DNA of 64,000 nucleotides, taken from NCBI GenBank assembly GCA_963717465.1, contig OY970340.1, positions 1,696,001 through 1,760,000 on the forward strand. Reading direction: 5' to 3'. Positions within the stretch are counted from its first letter, which is position 1. The number at the start of each line of letters is the position of its first letter. Both the position numbers and the translations under genes were made by a program. The notes under the pieces are model-generated. The model was not told the DNA's origin, did no database searches, and saw only the letters and a list, made by a program, of their open reading frames with translations. Below, piece by piece: positions 9,432 to 18,680 of this stretch. This stretch comes from Candidatus Bathyarchaeota archaeon (GTDB lineage Archaea > Thermoproteota > Bathyarchaeia > Bathyarchaeales > Bathycorpusculaceae).

Positions 9432-10879
9432 AAGAAATACTAATCGATCCAGTTACTAGACTTGAAGGACACGGGAACATATCGATATTCCTCAACGACC
9501 AAGGCGAAGTTGAGAATGCATACTTTAAAGTTCCTGAACTTAGAGGTTTTGAACAATTCTGCGTTGGCAGAAGAGCTGAATTGATGCCTCTTCTTACGAC
9601 CAGAATTTGCGGTGTCTGTCCTGTTGCTCACCACTTTGCTTCTGTAAAAGCATTAGATCAAGCATTCAATGTTGAGCCTCCGTCAGCAGCAAAGAAACTA
9701 AGAGAACTCATGTATGCTGGGTATTACATTTATGATCATACTTTGCACTTTTACTTCCTCGGCGGACCAGACTTTGTCGTAGGTCCAGATGCTCCACCAG
9801 AAAAACGCAACATTATAGGCGTAATCGAAAAGGCAGGCTTAGATGTTGCAAAAGAAGTAATCAAACATAGAGCTTACGGACAAAAAATAACCGCAATCAT
9901 AGGTGGAAAAGCAACTCATCCAGTCTGTGGATTACCCGGTGGAATGTCCAAAGCTCTAAGTGAAACTGACAGAAAAGAAATTCTTATGATGGCCGAATCA
10001 TCCGTTAAATTTGCTCAATTGACACTGAAAATATTCCATGACATCGTGCTTGGAAACAGTGGCTATGTTGATTTAATAAAAAGCGATGCTTATACTCAAC
10101 AGACTTACTATATGGGCATGGTCGATGACAACAACAAAGTAAGCTTCTACGACGGAAAAATCCGAGTAGTTGACCCTGCAGGCAAAGAATTTGTAAAATT
10201 CGAAGGAAAAGACTACGCGAACCAGATTGGTGAACACGTAGAGGAATGGTCATACGCTAAATTCCCATACCTTAAGAAGGTTGGCTGGAAAGGATTAACA
10301 TATGGTCCAGACAGCGGCGTTTACCGAGTTGGCCCACTTGGACGATTAAATGCGTCTGATGGCATGACAACTCCATTAGCACAAGCAGAATACGAAGAAC
10401 TGAAAAAGACTTTAGGCAAACCAGTTCATGGCACCTTAGCATTCCACTGGGCACGATTAGTTGAATTACTGTACGCAGCAGAGCACGCAGTTGAAATGGC
10501 AAAGGATCCAGAGATAACAAGCACAAACATTCGTGCTAAACCAGGTGAACCAGGCGAAGGCGTAGGCGTAGTAGAAGCATGCAGAGGAACACTTTTCCAT
10601 CACTATACTTTAGACAAGGATGCATTAGTAAAAAGCGTTAACATGATAGTCGCCACCACAAACAATTATCCGGCAATATGCATGTCAATCCGCGATGCAG
10701 CTAAAGGCTTAATCCACAACGGCAAATTCGATCAAGGCACACTCAACAAGGTAGAAATGGCCTTCAGAGCTTACGACCCATGCTTCGGCTGTGCAACACA
10801 CTTTGCAGTTGGACAGATGCCGCTTGAAATAACTGTCTACGATTCAAACAGAAAAATCGTAAACACAATCAAACGCTAA
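9428..10879 (+). CDS. mvhA: F420-non-reducing [NiFe] hydrogenase large subunit (group 3c)
   Basis: PVTRLEGH, RICGVC (L1) and DPCFGCATH (L2) with a C-terminal maturation extension. Confidence 0.96.
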   Translation: MKEILIDPVTRLEGHGNISIFLNDQGEVENAYFKVPELRGFEQFCVGRRAELMPLLTTRICGVCPVAHHFASVKALDQAFNVEPPSAAKKLRELMYAGYYIYDHTLHFYFLGGPDFVVGPDAPPEKRNIIGVIEKAGLDVAKEVIKHRAYGQKITAIIGGKATHPVCGLPGGMSKALSETDRKEILMMAESSVKFAQLTLKIFHDIVLGNSGYVDLIKSDAYTQQTYYMGMVDDNNKVSFYDGKIRVVDPAGKEFVKFEGKDYANQIGEHVEEWSYAKFPYLKKVGWKGLTYGPDSGVYRVGPLGRLNASDGMTTPLAQAEYEELKKTLGKPVHGTLAFHWARLVELLYAAEHAVEMAKDPEITSTNIRAKPGEPGEGVGVVEACRGTLFHHYTLDKDALVKSVNMIVATTNNYPAICMSIRDAAKGLIHNGKFDQGTLNKVEMAFRAYDPCFGCATHFAVGQMPLEITVYDSNRKIVNTIKR

Positions 10880-11084
10880 GCTCTTCTCAATCTTTTCAAT
10901 CTCGACGTTATGCATCGAATCTATTTTTATCAACTTTTAAAAAATCAAATAGGCACAGCGATAGTTAGAATCTTTAACCGGTGACTTCAAAGAAGAGAAT
11001 TATTTATATTCATTTCCTATATTCTAAATCCAAGCCAGTAAAATTGAAAGATTAAAATAGTTTGATAGAATGCAGGGGATTACG

Positions 11085-11672
11085 ATGTCTAAAGCATGTG
11101 TTGATAAAGCTTGTTCTTTGATTAAAGAGTGCAAGGGAGTTTGTTCAATCGTTAAAGTGTTAGATGAAAAGGAACGCAGTAAACTGCTTGAGTTAGAAAA
11201 AGCTGAAGAAGGCAGTATGGTTCAGTTTGGCGCAGGGTTTGAGAATCAGGGAATGGCTGAAGCGTTAAGCCGAGATGTTGTTATTTTGATAATAAATGAT
11301 AATACTTTTGAGTACCGTGAGCCAACAATTGTCCTTAAGGCTGATGAAGAAATAGTTGGCGAGATAGTATCTGATCCAGAAAAAATTCGAGAAATGAAGA
11401 ATAAACCTGGTTACTTGGTCTCAGGAAACAATTTTGTTATTTATACCCATAAGTTAAGGGGGAAAAAGGGGATCAAGATGAAGTTTATTACGCTACCATT
11501 TTCGCTTCCCCATGACGGTCTTAAAAACGGTTCTGCTGACTTCGGAGTAACAGATGTAATATGCGGATGGCCTTCAAGAGGCGTCGACTCCTACATAAAA
11601 AGCCAGTATAACTTAGAAACTAAGGACCTCAACATTGGCACCTTACTGGTAGGTTTCAACGTCAAAAAGTAA
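11085..11672 (+). CDS. Hypothetical protein with four N-terminal cysteines
   Basis: 195-aa ORF with coding-like composition, upstream TTTATAT box; no recognised family. Confidence 0.8.
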   Translation: MSKACVDKACSLIKECKGVCSIVKVLDEKERSKLLELEKAEEGSMVQFGAGFENQGMAEALSRDVVILIINDNTFEYREPTIVLKADEEIVGEIVSDPEKIREMKNKPGYLVSGNNFVIYTHKLRGKKGIKMKFITLPFSLPHDGLKNGSADFGVTDVICGWPSRGVDSYIKSQYNLETKDLNIGTLLVGFNVKK

Positions 11673-11721
11673 ATACTTGATTTAAGTTATGCCAAATTTC
11701 ATTTCATTTTGCTTAAAATGT

Positions 11722-12480
11722 CTATTTCGTTTGCATAGCAATTGAGCGTCTTGTTAGACCTAGCCCAAGAAAGTTTCTTAGTGTTTGGCAGTTTTTTACG
11801 GCGTTAGCGTTATAATCGTTATTGAAGTAACAGTAGACTTGCTTGGACTTTATTTTATTGATTTTTTGCGTCCATCCTTCCAGTTCCTCATCAGGATAGA
11901 AATGCTTGTACCATCCATTCTTCCCATGAAACCGGATATAAACGATGCTTGCGTTTTTTACTAGGTAATCAGGCAGATCAGAAGCGGAAACACTGCAAAA
12001 AACTAAGCCATTTTTCTCCATGAAACTGTAAACTTCCTTATCCCACCAGCTTTCATGCCTAAACTCCAACACGTTAGTAATTGATGGGTCAACCTGATTT
12101 GCTATCTTTTCAAGCAATTCCATGTTTTTGTTGACGAATGGCGGCAACTGAAAAAGCACACAAGATAACTTTTCATTTAAAAATTTAGCAGCTGCATAGA
12201 ATCGGTCTATTAATTCTTTGGTTTCATTGAATTTGCGTGAATGCGTTATTAGACGGTTAGCTTTCAGGATAAATTTGAAATCTTCTGGTGTTTGTTGGTG
12301 CCAGTTTTGAAGCATGCTTTGTTTGGGAAACCTGTAAAATGTGCTGTTAACTTCTAACGTGTTGAAGTATTGTGAGTAAAATTCAAGCCATTTTTTCTTG
12401 GCTAAATTTGATGGGTAAAAAAGGTTTTTCCAATGATCGTAGTAGTAGCCAGAACAACCCAGATAAAACTGCCTATTCAT
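11722..12480 (-). CDS. DUF72 (YecE-like) protein
   Basis: GCSGY.Y..W, EVNSTFY, K...ITH, LFQLPP, EFRH.SW, YIRFHG, YFNND. Confidence 0.93.
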   Translation of the reverse strand: MNRQFYLGCSGYYYDHWKNLFYPSNLAKKKWLEFYSQYFNTLEVNSTFYRFPKQSMLQNWHQQTPEDFKFILKANRLITHSRKFNETKELIDRFYAAAKFLNEKLSCVLFQLPPFVNKNMELLEKIANQVDPSITNVLEFRHESWWDKEVYSFMEKNGLVFCSVSASDLPDYLVKNASIVYIRFHGKNGWYKHFYPDEELEGWTQKINKIKSKQVYCYFNNDYNANAVKNCQTLRNFLGLGLTRRSIAMQTK

Positions 12481-12705
12481 AATTTAAAGTTCCAATCATT
12501 AAGCAAGTGTGATTAAACTTTTATCGATTTGTTGGCTAACCGATTACAACCACAGAAAGTAATTCTTGCATTCTATTACCATCTGGGTGCGGTTTGGCAA
12601 TTACAAAGGCAACATTACCGTTTAGGTGACTTTCGAATCTGTATAAAGATTCAAACTCAACAAGTTTTTTATTCAGATCATTCGTTCTGTGCTTGGAGAT
12701 AAATC

Positions 12706-13194
12706 GTGACCTATGAACTCGAACTAATCACGGCCACAACTGTTGCTCTAATCGTTATAATCATGGCTGTATACCTGCTCGTTCTAAGAAGAAACGGTTG
12801 GGCAGGCAAGAGCACCAATTATCAATGCACAAACCCAGCGTGCAAAAAAACCTTCCAAAAACCATTAGAAGTTACAGATTCAGCAGATTCACGACTAACT
12901 CATTTTGTCTGCCCTGAATGTGGCTACGATCTAAGCACGCTTGTTTCTAAAAAACGCCTCATCTTTAATAAAGACTCAAACCTAAAAAGCAGACATACTC
13001 TGAATCTATCAAGAAACAAGGAACAACCATCAAGAATTGACGAGACACCCTTAGGATGCAAGTTTCATTTCGGGTACTTATTTTCTCTTCAAAAAGGTTC
13101 ACCATTTCCTCATCAATGCTTTGAATGTCCAAAACTAATAGATTGTTACAGACCACTGGAAAAAAGAATGAAAAATGAACCAGGTGGGATTTGA
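12706..13194 (+). CDS. Membrane-anchored zinc-finger hypothetical protein
   Basis: N-terminal TM helix, CTNPAC..CPEC zinc ribbon, C-terminal C.FHFGYL..C..C....C module. Confidence 0.8.
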   Translation: MTYELELITATTVALIVIIMAVYLLVLRRNGWAGKSTNYQCTNPACKKTFQKPLEVTDSADSRLTHFVCPECGYDLSTLVSKKRLIFNKDSNLKSRHTLNLSRNKEQPSRIDETPLGCKFHFGYLFSLQKGSPFPHQCFECPKLIDCYRPLEKRMKNEPGGI

Positions 13195-13198
13195 ACCC
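13176..13198 (-). repeat. Degenerate copy of tRNA-Ala 3' end (possible old att site)
   Basis: TGAACCAGGTGGGATTTGAACCC matches TGGACCGGGCGGGATTTGAACCC (24866-24888) at 20 of 23 positions, same orientation. Confidence 0.65.
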
Positions 13199-13817
13199 AG
13201 CGTAAGTTGAGATAACACCCGCATTTTCTATCTTCTTCAAGATATAGTGGCTGATTTTTCAAGCTAAATGAGCACTCCAATCAAAAAGCTTATCTTTTTA
13301 GCTTCAATGTCTAAGTGTTTTTGATTAGTTTTAGGCTTCTGATCTGCTTGGTTCTGGAGTTTTAGTATGCTTTTTTGATTCATAAATTTATTTAGGTTAA
13401 AAGCCGTTGATACAGGATGTTGCCCACCTAAAGACAAGAAAACATGTACAACTATGGTTGACGTTTAATCCAAGAAAGAATCAAATCCGTAATAGACAAC
13501 CAACATATATTCGACTATTCGCCTTAATTTCTTGGGCTAAAACAGAGTCAGCTTAAACTAAAATATGTAATCAGGTGTTAAATTGGCTAGCAAAGCTGGA
13601 AACTCATTTAAATATTTGCTAAAAAGCTACGGTTTCAATCAGAATGTAACAGAGAACATCTGGAAAATCTATAAAAAATAATCATACACGGCTGTTTTTA
13701 AAATAGTTCCCAGGATAATTTTTGGTTAATTAATTTCTTTAATAGCGTCAAATGAAGAACAAATAAAAAAGTAAAAAAGAATAACATTAAACTTGTAAAA
13801 GTGTTAACTTTTTAAGT

Positions 13818-13961
13818 TTAATATCTTCTTGGCGGTCTTCGTTTTGAATAACATTCTCTGCAATAAACTGGCCTTGTGCCATCTGGCTTGAAAGGAACAT
13901 CGCATTCTTTTCCACAGTCAGCACAGGTTGCCTTATGCATTTCTTTGTTTCCATATGACAT
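13818..13961 (-). CDS. Small CxxC-x17-CxxC zinc-binding protein (47 aa; absent from ORF track)
   Basis: MSYGNKEMHKATCADCGKECDVPFKPDGTRPVYCRECYSKRRPPRRY; AGGAAGTG RBS-like sequence upstream. Confidence 0.9.
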   Translation of the reverse strand: MSYGNKEMHKATCADCGKECDVPFKPDGTRPVYCRECYSKRRPPRRY

Positions 13962-14258
13962 TTCTTTTTTCACTTCCTATTTAACTAATTTAGCACGTCG
14001 CTAATTTGCAAATCATTTGCTTATATATTCGCGGTAAAACCTACTATAAAATCTACCTATTGGAAATTTAACTTTGATCATAAGCAACCCGAAAGAATTG
14101 GAAAACTTCCATATATTAGACCGTGTAAAGGGCTTTCGTTGTTGTAATTTGGCGAATTCGTTACCCAACATTAAAATAAATTATTTGACTGTTGCAATAT
14201 AGCATCACGTTCCATTTAGAGATAGTGAGTTAACAGAAAACTGGAGTAATAAATTACA

Positions 14259-14426
14259 TTGAAGAAAAAGGATAGTATAGACGTAAGTGAATCAGAAACT
14301 TTCAAGTCCTACAATGAGAAGCTGAAAGCGAAGTATGGTGACAACTGGCTAGGTAAGGGCAAGTGTACAGGATTAGAGTTTAAACGTTGGTTAGCTCTAC
14401 GTGACAATAAAACAGAAATTCCGTAA
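14259..14426 (+). CDS. Possible small hypothetical protein (55 aa, TTG start)
   Basis: MKKKDSIDVSESETFKSYNEKLKAKYGDNWLGKGKCTGLEFKRWLALRDNKTEIP; GGAG upstream. Confidence 0.45.
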   Translation: MKKKDSIDVSESETFKSYNEKLKAKYGDNWLGKGKCTGLEFKRWLALRDNKTEIP

Positions 14427-14443
14427 CCCCGCGTTAATTGTTG

Positions 14444-14456
14444 TGGACCGGGCGGG
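14444..14456 (-). repeat. Exact 13-bp direct repeat of tRNA-Ala 3' terminus (putative att site)
   Basis: TGGACCGGGCGGG identical to 24866-24878; GC-rich word in AT-rich intergenic DNA. Confidence 0.65.
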
Positions 14457-14783
14457 CTTCTAAAAGATTATTCATAACGAGTTTGTTAAGAACACCTTTC
14501 CTGTGGCGGGATTAACTCCGCTCGACCATACGAGAGAGTCTTTACTAACCAGCGCTTCTCCATCAACTATTCCGGGCACGCGGCGATATCTTATTTATCT
14601 GCAATGCAGAAACATATCAGACTATACGAAAAATCATTATTAATAAACTGAAGGAATAAGCGATAATAATAAAATATAACGCCCACTAACCAATATAACA
14701 TGGTTAAAAGAATCGTTAAAATTGACGAGGAATTCATTCAAATTATTATGAGTTATAAAAATCAGTAAGCCTCTGACAGAGGA

Positions 14784-17582
14784 ATGGCAAAAATGGGAAC
14801 TATAAACCTTGATAAAATGTTTAATCCAAAAAGTGTTGCAATAATCGGTGCCAGTGATGAAAAAGGCTCCGTTGGCTACGGGATAGTTAAAAACTTCAGC
14901 GATTCAGGATTTAATAGAAAAGTTTACTATATTAACATTCGTAAACCCGAAATCCTCGGCATCAAAACGTACCAATCAATCGAGCAAGTTCCTGAAGCCG
15001 TTGACTTAGCAATTATCGCTACACCAGCAAAAACCGTTCCTGACGTAATGGAACAATGCGGTAAAGCAAATGTTAAAGGCGTAATCATCGTTTCCGCCGG
15101 CTTTAAAGAAACAGGACCAGAAGGAAAAGCCTTAGAAGATAGAATTTTAACCACCGCCAAAAAATATGGTACCCGAGTAATCGGCCCTAATTGCATCGGC
15201 CTGATCACGCCGAGCGCAAGTCTTAATGCTACATTCGTTGATAAAATGCCTAAACCTGGTCAAGTAGCTTTTCTCTCTCAAAGTGGCGCATTGGGATCAG
15301 CCATTCTTGATTGGGCTATAAATGAAAACATTGGTTTTAGCACTTTCGTATCAGTTGGTTCCATGGTTGATGTGGATTTTGGCGATTTAATCGATTATTT
15401 AGGCTCAGATTCCAAAACCAAGAGTATTCTCATGTATATTGAAGGTATAACTGAAGCTCGAAAATTCATGAGTGCCGCTCGCCATTTCTCGAGTACAAAA
15501 CCTATTATTGTTGTAAAATCAGGTAAATATAATGAAAGCGCCAAAGCGGCATCATCCCACACAGGGGCCCTCTCCGGTGAAGATGATGTGTATGATGCAG
15601 CGTTTAAACGTGCAGGTATTGTCCGAGTGGATGAAATCGAAGACCTATTTAATGCGGCTGAAGTGTTAGGAACACAACCCTTACCTGCAGGTCGTAGATT
15701 GGCAATAATAACAAACGCAGGAGGCCCGGGTGTAATGGCTACCGATGAGTTGATTACTAAGAAGGGCGAATTGGCTAAACTAGATAAATTCACTATTGAC
15801 CGACTCGACAAGATTTTGCCGCCGTTTTGGAGTCATGGTAACCCTTTGGACGTGCTGGGTGATGCCAAACCAGATCGCTATAAAGTAGCAGTGGAAGCAT
15901 GCCTTGATGATGAAAACGTTGACGGTATAGTCATCATCTTAACCCAGCAAGCTAATACAGAACCCGTAGAAACAGCCAAAGCCATAGTAGAGATCATCAA
16001 AAACAAGACCGTAAACAAAACGATTCTCGCATCATTCATGGGATTTGGCCCTGCAACAGAAGCAAACAAAATTTTAAACGACAACAAGATTCCAACTTAT
16101 TCCACACCTGAACAAGCAATTAAAACGTACATGTTCATGTACCAGCATAAGCGTAACTTGGAGCTAATTTACGAGACGCCTGAAGAATTACCTGTCAATT
16201 TAGCTCTCCCAAAAAGGCCCGTTATGAACATTTTTCGAAACGTCGAATGTGAGGACAGAGATATACTCACTGAAGAAGAAGCAAAAGAGGTGCTTAAATA
16301 CTACAATTTGCCCGTCGTAAAAACACTTGTTGCTGCTACTCCCGAAGAAGCTGTGGCACACGCCAAAGAAATCGGATTCCCAGTTGTGCTCAAAATCTTA
16401 TCACCACAAATCACTCATAAAACGGATGCTGGTGGTGTCATCCTAAATCTTCAAAATGAAAAAGATGTTAGGGAAGCCTACGAAACCCTAATTAAAAATG
16501 CTAAAATCTACAAACCTGACGTTAAAATTGTTGGTGTAACAATTCAAAGCATGGTTCAGAAAGAAGGGATTGAACTAATTTTAGGGGCTAAAAAAGACCC
16601 CGTGTTCGGTCCAGTTATACTTTTTGGCATGGGTGGCATTGGCGTAGAACTTTTCAAGGATTACTCAATTAGTTTTCCACCATTAAACACTACCTTAATT
16701 CTCCGAATGATGGAAGAAACCAAAGTTTACACGTTACTCAAAGGCTATCGTGGCTCCTTACCAGTAGACTTAAGCGTTTTGGACAAAATCATACTTCGCT
16801 TCACTCAGTTAATCATAGACTTCCCTCAAATCAAAGAAATAGACATTAACCCATTATTGATGGAGCAAAACAAAGCTACCATTCTAGATGCAAGAATCGT
16901 CATTGACAAGGATGCTTTCAACAAGAAATTAGATTCCCACGAAAACATGATTATGAGCGCTTACCCCAAGAAGTACGAAACTCTATGGACCATGGAAAAT
17001 GAAGAACAAGTAATTCTTCGACCCATTAAACCTGAAGATGAACTCTTATGGCTTGAAATGTTCCAAAGCTTCTCTGAAGAAACCATCCGCAACAGCGCTT
17101 TTGAAATGTTTAAAGACACGCCTCACGAAATCCGCGTTCGATACTGCAACATTGATTATGACAGGGAACTTATGATAATTGCCGAAAAAAACCATTCAGA
17201 ACCAAAAAGAATGATGATAGGCGCTTGCAGAATCAGCATTGATCCTGACGGAAAATCAGGACAGTTGGCGTTTATTGTTGGCGATAAATGGCAAGGCTTA
17301 GGGCTCGGAACAAAGATAGTTGATTATGTACTTGAAATAGCTAAAGAAAACGGGTTGGAAGAGGTGTATTTTGTCACTCGAAAAGACAACAGCAAAGCCA
17401 TAGCCTTAGCAAACAAGATGGGTTTTGTGATAGAAAATCAAGAAGATAACAAAGTTAAAGGAATCCTAAATCTAAAGGAAGAAATCATCAAAAATCCCTG
17501 CATAGAACCGAGACCACAAGAATCCCCGACACAAATCGCACAGCCTAATGCACTAACAGAAGAAACCACAAAACCAACGTAA
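14784..17582 (+). CDS. Bifunctional NDP-forming acyl-CoA ligase-like / GNAT protein (Pat/PatZ-type protein lysine acetyltransferase)
   Basis: CoA-binding domain (PKSVAIIGAS, GPNC), SQSG, SHTGAL, TNAGGPG, ATP-grasp (THKTD, DPVFGP, DINPL), C-terminal GNAT (WQGLGLG). Confidence 0.92.
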   Translation: MAKMGTINLDKMFNPKSVAIIGASDEKGSVGYGIVKNFSDSGFNRKVYYINIRKPEILGIKTYQSIEQVPEAVDLAIIATPAKTVPDVMEQCGKANVKGVIIVSAGFKETGPEGKALEDRILTTAKKYGTRVIGPNCIGLITPSASLNATFVDKMPKPGQVAFLSQSGALGSAILDWAINENIGFSTFVSVGSMVDVDFGDLIDYLGSDSKTKSILMYIEGITEARKFMSAARHFSSTKPIIVVKSGKYNESAKAASSHTGALSGEDDVYDAAFKRAGIVRVDEIEDLFNAAEVLGTQPLPAGRRLAIITNAGGPGVMATDELITKKGELAKLDKFTIDRLDKILPPFWSHGNPLDVLGDAKPDRYKVAVEACLDDENVDGIVIILTQQANTEPVETAKAIVEIIKNKTVNKTILASFMGFGPATEANKILNDNKIPTYSTPEQAIKTYMFMYQHKRNLELIYETPEELPVNLALPKRPVMNIFRNVECEDRDILTEEEAKEVLKYYNLPVVKTLVAATPEEAVAHAKEIGFPVVLKILSPQITHKTDAGGVILNLQNEKDVREAYETLIKNAKIYKPDVKIVGVTIQSMVQKEGIELILGAKKDPVFGPVILFGMGGIGVELFKDYSISFPPLNTTLILRMMEETKVYTLLKGYRGSLPVDLSVLDKIILRFTQLIIDFPQIKEIDINPLLMEQNKATILDARIVIDKDAFNKKLDSHENMIMSAYPKKYETLWTMENEEQVILRPIKPEDELLWLEMFQSFSEETIRNSAFEMFKDTPHEIRVRYCNIDYDRELMIIAEKNHSEPKRMMIGACRISIDPDGKSGQLAFIVGDKWQGLGLGTKIVDYVLEIAKENGLEEVYFVTRKDNSKAIALANKMGFVIENQEDNKVKGILNLKEEIIKNPCIEPRPQESPTQIAQPNALTEETTKPT

Positions 17583-17627
17583 CCTTAGCTGCAAGAAGTC
17601 TAAAGCTAAAGACCAGAAAATTCCAAC

Positions 17628-18032
17628 CTAAACCCAAATCTTAATGCACATGGCTGTTCCTAAATTAGTTTGCAAAGTATCTGATGACTCTTGATTTAGT
17701 GTTATTATGCGTGTTGACAGATGCTTCGGCCGTGAGAAGCATGATTGGAATGCAGAGTTGAGAAATGAAACGTAAGTCGCTAATCCTTTCAAGTTATGCT
17801 GTGATAAGCTGGCCAGATTCTTAAGCCGACTAAAAACCTGTTCTACAGCAACCCGTTTCTTGTATGCAACCATAAAGATTCTTGGTCCATGACTCCTAAA
17901 CTTTCTATCAACCCTTAAAACGCCACATCTGAAAATAATTTCAGCTAATGTTTCTTCAATATGCTTTTTCATTTTTAATCTGTTTTTCCAAGTATAGACA
18001 AAAAGGAGATAGGGCTGAGATGGGAATAACAC
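17628..18032 (-). mobile_element. Remnant of an IS DDE transposase C-terminus (IS4/IS5/IS1182-like)
   Basis: YKKRVAVEQVFSRLKNLASLSQHNLKGL matches the Y..R..VE..F..LK signature; N-terminal catalytic part is missing. Confidence 0.6.
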
Positions 18033-18068
18033 GCTTAGCTGTACTTACTAAAAACCCCAATTTTTCAG

Positions 18069-18338
18069 CTACATTTCTGGAGACGCTTTCAATTTCTCGA
18101 TTTCCTTATCCAGGTGGTTAACAACTGCCTCAAGCCTTTTCTTTCTGCGCTCCATAATTGCAATCAACTCTTCCTTTGTCGGCTTAAGCAACATTTCACC
18201 GCAAACTGGACAACGCATACCAGACAGCATCATGTGCATTTTCATATCCATGTCCATGCCGCCCATCCAAGGCTTGTGCCAAGGCATTCCGCCGTAGCCT
18301 CCCCATGAGCCATGACCGCATTCTTTTTCCTGATCCAA
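18069..18338 (-). CDS. Small Gly/Met/His-rich protein with CPVC and C-terminal coiled coil (DUF5320-like)
   Basis: GGAGGTGA RBS just upstream of TTG 18338; MDQEKECGHGSWGGYGGMPWHKPWMGGMDMDMKMHMM..CPVC..coiled coil. Confidence 0.75.
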   Translation of the reverse strand: MDQEKECGHGSWGGYGGMPWHKPWMGGMDMDMKMHMMLSGMRCPVCGEMLLKPTKEELIAIMERRKKRLEAVVNHLDKEIEKLKASPEM

Positions 18339-18680
18339 AAAATTCACCTCCATTTTTTGAAGTTTTGTGGGAACTGGTGGTTGAAGTGTAGAGCTTGAAG
18401 CCATATCACTCAACTCATTGTTTCTACTTCATTTTAGCATTAGATGTGATTTTTCGACTTAATAACTTTCCCGTTAAAATATTAGTGTAGAAACCAAGTT
18501 CTGTTCTTTTTTGTATCTGCCACGTCTTCTAACATCAACTTTCTTGATATTATCCATCATTTAATCAATTGTGCACTCACTTGAATCTATGCCAAAAATA
18601 TGCGCTAGATTCCTGAGAGAACACTAAGAAAACACTTAAGAGGCTAACCCTAGATTTAATCACTTTAGACAATATAACAG

